A stretch of 64,000 nucleotides of DNA from Tubulanus polymorphus (lineage: Eukaryota > Animalia > Nemertea): NCBI RefSeq assembly GCF_964204645.1, contig NC_134035.1, forward strand, positions 3,534,001 through 3,598,000. Direction: 5' to 3'. This document shows, one piece after another, positions 60,053 through 64,000 of this stretch. Below the pieces are notes generated by a model. That model saw nothing but the letters and a program-made list of their open reading frames with translations, made no database searches and had not been told where the DNA came from. Position 1 is the first letter of the stretch. Each line of letters opens with the position of its first letter. The translations under genes were made by a program, and so were the position numbers.

Positions 60053-62657
60053 GAAATTGAATACCTAAATTACTGGATATCAAAGGTTTTACAAACTGGT
60101 TATGAAGTTAAAATAAAGAGTCACGTCAACCTGGTGTTGAATTAGTTAATTGTAGAAAGGCTCCTTTACCCGATGAAGCTATACTACGCATTCAGCAGTT
60201 CGAAAGCTAGTTAGCCAATAGAGTTGTTATACACTCCGTACGAAATAGGAAGTACATTATCTCAGATCTACCAGATGGTAGTTTATTAAAGAGACAGACA
60301 TATGTAACCCAGTATGAAAATATATGTCTAAATACATATAGAAACTCAACGGCTTGTTGCGCGCCTCGTGGCAAAATATGTATGTATAGATAATAGATAT
60401 GAATTGCGCTATTTATTAAATTGTCTCCCAAAGCAACCACGAAGTGCATCGAAGTGCCGCATGTTAACGCCTGAATGAAACGTCTAGGCATCTCTGTATC
60501 ATCCGCAGTCCGACGAAAGGAAATAATCTTTTGTTCCACGAGAATGAAAGGGAATATGATTTTCCCTTCGCGCTAGATCTAGACTTTCGATTCGATATTC
60601 GGGGTATGGGTACTTCAGAAATTGGTACTACACCATACATCCATACGACGTATACTATTCTCTATATGATGGGAATACATCGTAGTGAAACGGTGTCCAT
60701 CAGTCCGTGAGATCCAATTGTTTCCGAGAAGCGTTGATGAGAATTTCACGTACAGAACACTCACCTAACCGAGAATTGGGCCGTGTAATTTATCCGCGGG
60801 CCAATATAATGCTATCTTATCCCGGTTGTGATGCTCGTGCGCATATCGCAGGTGGCTAGTAGTACTCGCGTTATAGTACAGTAGACGCGTCACATATCTG
60901 GGTTCGTCGGCGCTTAAATTCATCTTGATTATTATCGCGACGGCAATGATTGGTTCCGAATTAGGACACGGAAAGCCCTGGGTATAATATATCGTCAATT
61001 CGCGCATAGCTAGCTAGCGATAAGTACCGCTGTATACTGTAATTGGCTCTTCCTAACTTCGTTTCCGATTCGCTTTACGCCGGCGATTCCCGTGCATTCG
61101 CCAAAATCCGTCGGTAAAAACTAAACGATTGTATTGTCCGTAAAATGGGGAACCCGCAAAACCAGCTATTCCAACAGATGGCGTGACGAACAGTAGGTCT
61201 TCCGTTGTCAAAATCAGTTCATTGTCGCTGAACTTTGAACAAGATTTTTAAACTACTATTACAGCGCCTACCAAAATACACGTCAATACTTTCATTCTTC
61301 TACTCAGATATCGGTTTTGTTTTCATAAACAAGTCATTCATTTTGTAGAGAAAAGTTCGTTCAGATTTAATCGAAAAGTAGAAGAAATCGAACGCGCTCG
61401 ACCAACCATCTACTAGCGAACCTGGCGGATCCTCGCCTGCCATATGCGGAATCCTCGATTGCCACAGGTCACCATTGCCAACATTAATCAAACGCGTAAT
61501 TTTTGTCTTTTAAGTTCGTCCTTGTCGAAACATGGGGTTATCAGTGGGTAAATCTGTGTCAGCTGAAACAGGCGCTCAGCTGTGTGTATGTCTGTATAGG
61601 CCTGTGCGTGATAGCGATGTCTTTGCTAATACGTACGTCTAGTAATTTTGAGGTGACATAAGACGAGCCTTGGGGATGCCATCAAAGCTCAATCGGTTGG
61701 TTTAATTGGATTGCATCTTGTGATATTGCCTATCATGGTGCGGATTTGAAATGAACCGGTATATGCGTGGAAGCTCGCTTGTGTGCGCGCGCGTTCGTTA
61801 TTGTTTTATGACGACGCTCTGATGTACCGCGCGCAAGAAGACAAAATTCACCTCCGGGCTGCAGCGGTGAGAATTTAGAGAGAGAGAGAGAGAAAGAGAG
61901 CGATAAAGAGAAACAGAGAAAGAGAATCGAAGAACAAAGATCAAGAACAACGGTCGAAAACAGTAGAGGATGAAATCAGGCGTTCTATCGCACAGTCGCA
62001 ATGGTATACGATCATTATCGCATATCAGAAAAAGCTTCGAGATCCCGCACTTCTTTCATTTGTTTTGACTTTCATCGTATACATAAGAAATATAACCCGA
62101 CGATTGATCACTGCCTCGGCATCTGAGAAGACATTCAACACTATATTGTGGCGCGCGTTAAAAATTGCGATGCGTATTTTTAAATCTGACGTCTCTAATC
62201 GCCTCCGCGTGCTTTCGGGTTGAATCGAAATTTTCTGCGTTTCGAATAAGAAGTCGTCTCAGTCTCGCATGCGTAAGGACATTGATAATTCCGAGTTCGG
62301 AGAATTGTCACTAATTAGCGTTACGGGACACCGGCAATTGAAATATACTGCCTGTCGCTGTCGTATATACCACGTCGTCGTATTGTACGGCGGTTGATTT
62401 AGATTTAAAGACCTATAAACGGGATGTATTTGCGTCTCGATTCGGTTCTCTTGCGCAACGTCTAAATCGTCTCGAACGTGTGCGAGTGAAGATTTAGCGT
62501 GGCTGCTCGTGACGCGCACAGATTAGCGCCGGATTATCCGTCAACCGTTTCTGACATCTCGCTTACTAATCCTTTTTAACGGCGCGCCATATAGCTTTCG
62601 GATAAATCCGGCTACCGCGTGTACGGTATTTGCAAAAATGAAAGTGGTTCGGTTACT

Positions 62658-62931
62658 GCGGCAAGGGAGTATCCGCCGGGGTCGCTAGTGTACAAAAGGG
62701 CATAAACTACTGTGGTAATTGAGGATATCACTTGTGGCAAGTGAGGATCCCCCAGAGGTCGCTAGTGTGCAATAAGTCATGAACTACTGTGTATATATAG
62801 AGTATTCCACTTGTGGCAAGTGATAATCCACTAGGAGTCGCTGGTGTACAATAGGACATGACGACTGTGGTATTGAGGTTTCCACTTGTAGCAAGTGATA
62901 ATCCAGCAGGTGTCGCTAGCGTGCAGTAGGG
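62658..62931. repeat. ~75-bp diverged tandem repeat, ~3.5 units
   Basis: gtggcaagtgaNNatcc...gtcgctagtgtNcaat...actactgtg...ttccactt repeated. Confidence 0.85.
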
Positions 62932-64000
62932 CCCCTCCGTGATAATGTAAACGAGGACTGAAAATTCTTGGTGGAGATAATTGAAGCTAACTAGGGCGCA
63001 ACAAGATCCATCCATCAGCCCATCCATCCACTCATCCTCGCTAGTGGCGCTATCTGGTGGGATAACGATCTCGTTGATACGGGGATTATCGGAATATTGT
63101 CAGGCGTAAAAGGCCATCGCGGCACTTTTTCGGATTGTCTCTGTCCTCGTCGCGGAGGAATTCATACGAATTCTTGTTGTAAAATATCTAAAAGTTAAGG
63201 CGTAATTCTATTTCGTCCGGCTTAAATAGACCACACGGGGAGAACAGTTTTTAACCTATAACCGATAATAGAAATCACGCTAGTACTTTATATTTTTTGT
63301 TATCTACAAGCGAAAAAGGATCGAGAATTTTTACAATGCCCTAGACCCACGATTTCTGATGTAACGTCACCTTCAAATTCAACCATTTTTCCATTTGAAC
63401 GTCCTCGTATGCGGTGTGTTATGATATATTCCCGAAGCCCGTATTCGAGCGTAAGTTCACAGGTAACGAACCGTTTTTACCTGCAAAATTCTCAGAAAAC
63501 GAAAACTGATACCACCAAGGCGAAGTCGTCAGAAGTAAGACAACTTGGCTTCTCTTCCCAGGAGTCGCATATCCCGCGTTTAAGGTTGAAAGAGTCTGCT
63601 TTCACACAAAAGCGGAGTCAAAAATATTTTTTTTCCAAGTTAACCGTGCTTTATATTTATCGAAATAAAATGTCAGTTGTGGTTTCGGGTGAGGTTTCGG
63701 AGAAACTCGTTCGCTGTTCGTTAATTTGAATCGGTCAAAGAACTTTATATGATAGTTTTGAATGTTAATACCGACATTCATCTGATTTCGTCAAATCCTC
63801 GGGGTCTAATATCTCATTTTTGCCACCGATAAAGACGTTTCCAGTTTCTAGGCGCCATATTGTGACAGTCCCTCGAATTCGCATCATTGTTGCGATGATT
63901 TTCGCTCTTTTATGAAATATACTTGTTTTGATTGAATACCAATAAGCTTAGCAGTCGTTCGCTTGAAAAACGTAAATCACAAATCATTTTAAAGGAAATA

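Overview
AT-rich animal (invertebrate-like) genomic DNA, not prokaryotic. Bases ~2.85-25.2 kb hold one intact multi-exon gene on the minus strand, a RASEF/Rab45-type large Rab GTPase (EF-hands, coiled coil, Ser/Arg-rich linker, Rab domain, C-terminal CCNM). I traced its 15 coding exons by hand with consistent GT-AG phases (~751 aa). The locus appears to have alternative N-termini. Exon A has 2 canonical EF-hands. Exon B is an internally duplicated 4-EF-hand exon with Asp at position 12 of every loop. A possible internal start would give a Rab-only form. Bases 25.2-64 kb show no convincing coding sequence, only MITEs, SINEs, micro/minisatellites and candidate regulatory clusters. The most striking non-coding signal is a 67-bp tandem repeat found in three arrays (3.1-3.9, 33.3-33.6 and 39.0-39.4 kb). 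Read on the minus strand, each unit is a minimal Penelope-type hammerhead ribozyme motif (UAUUC-CUGAAGA-U-stem II-GAAACGUU-GAAUA). The 12-copy array lies in sense orientation inside the last RASEF intron, just upstream of the exon encoding the prenylation motif. All calls come from manual reading; no database searches or folding programs were run.
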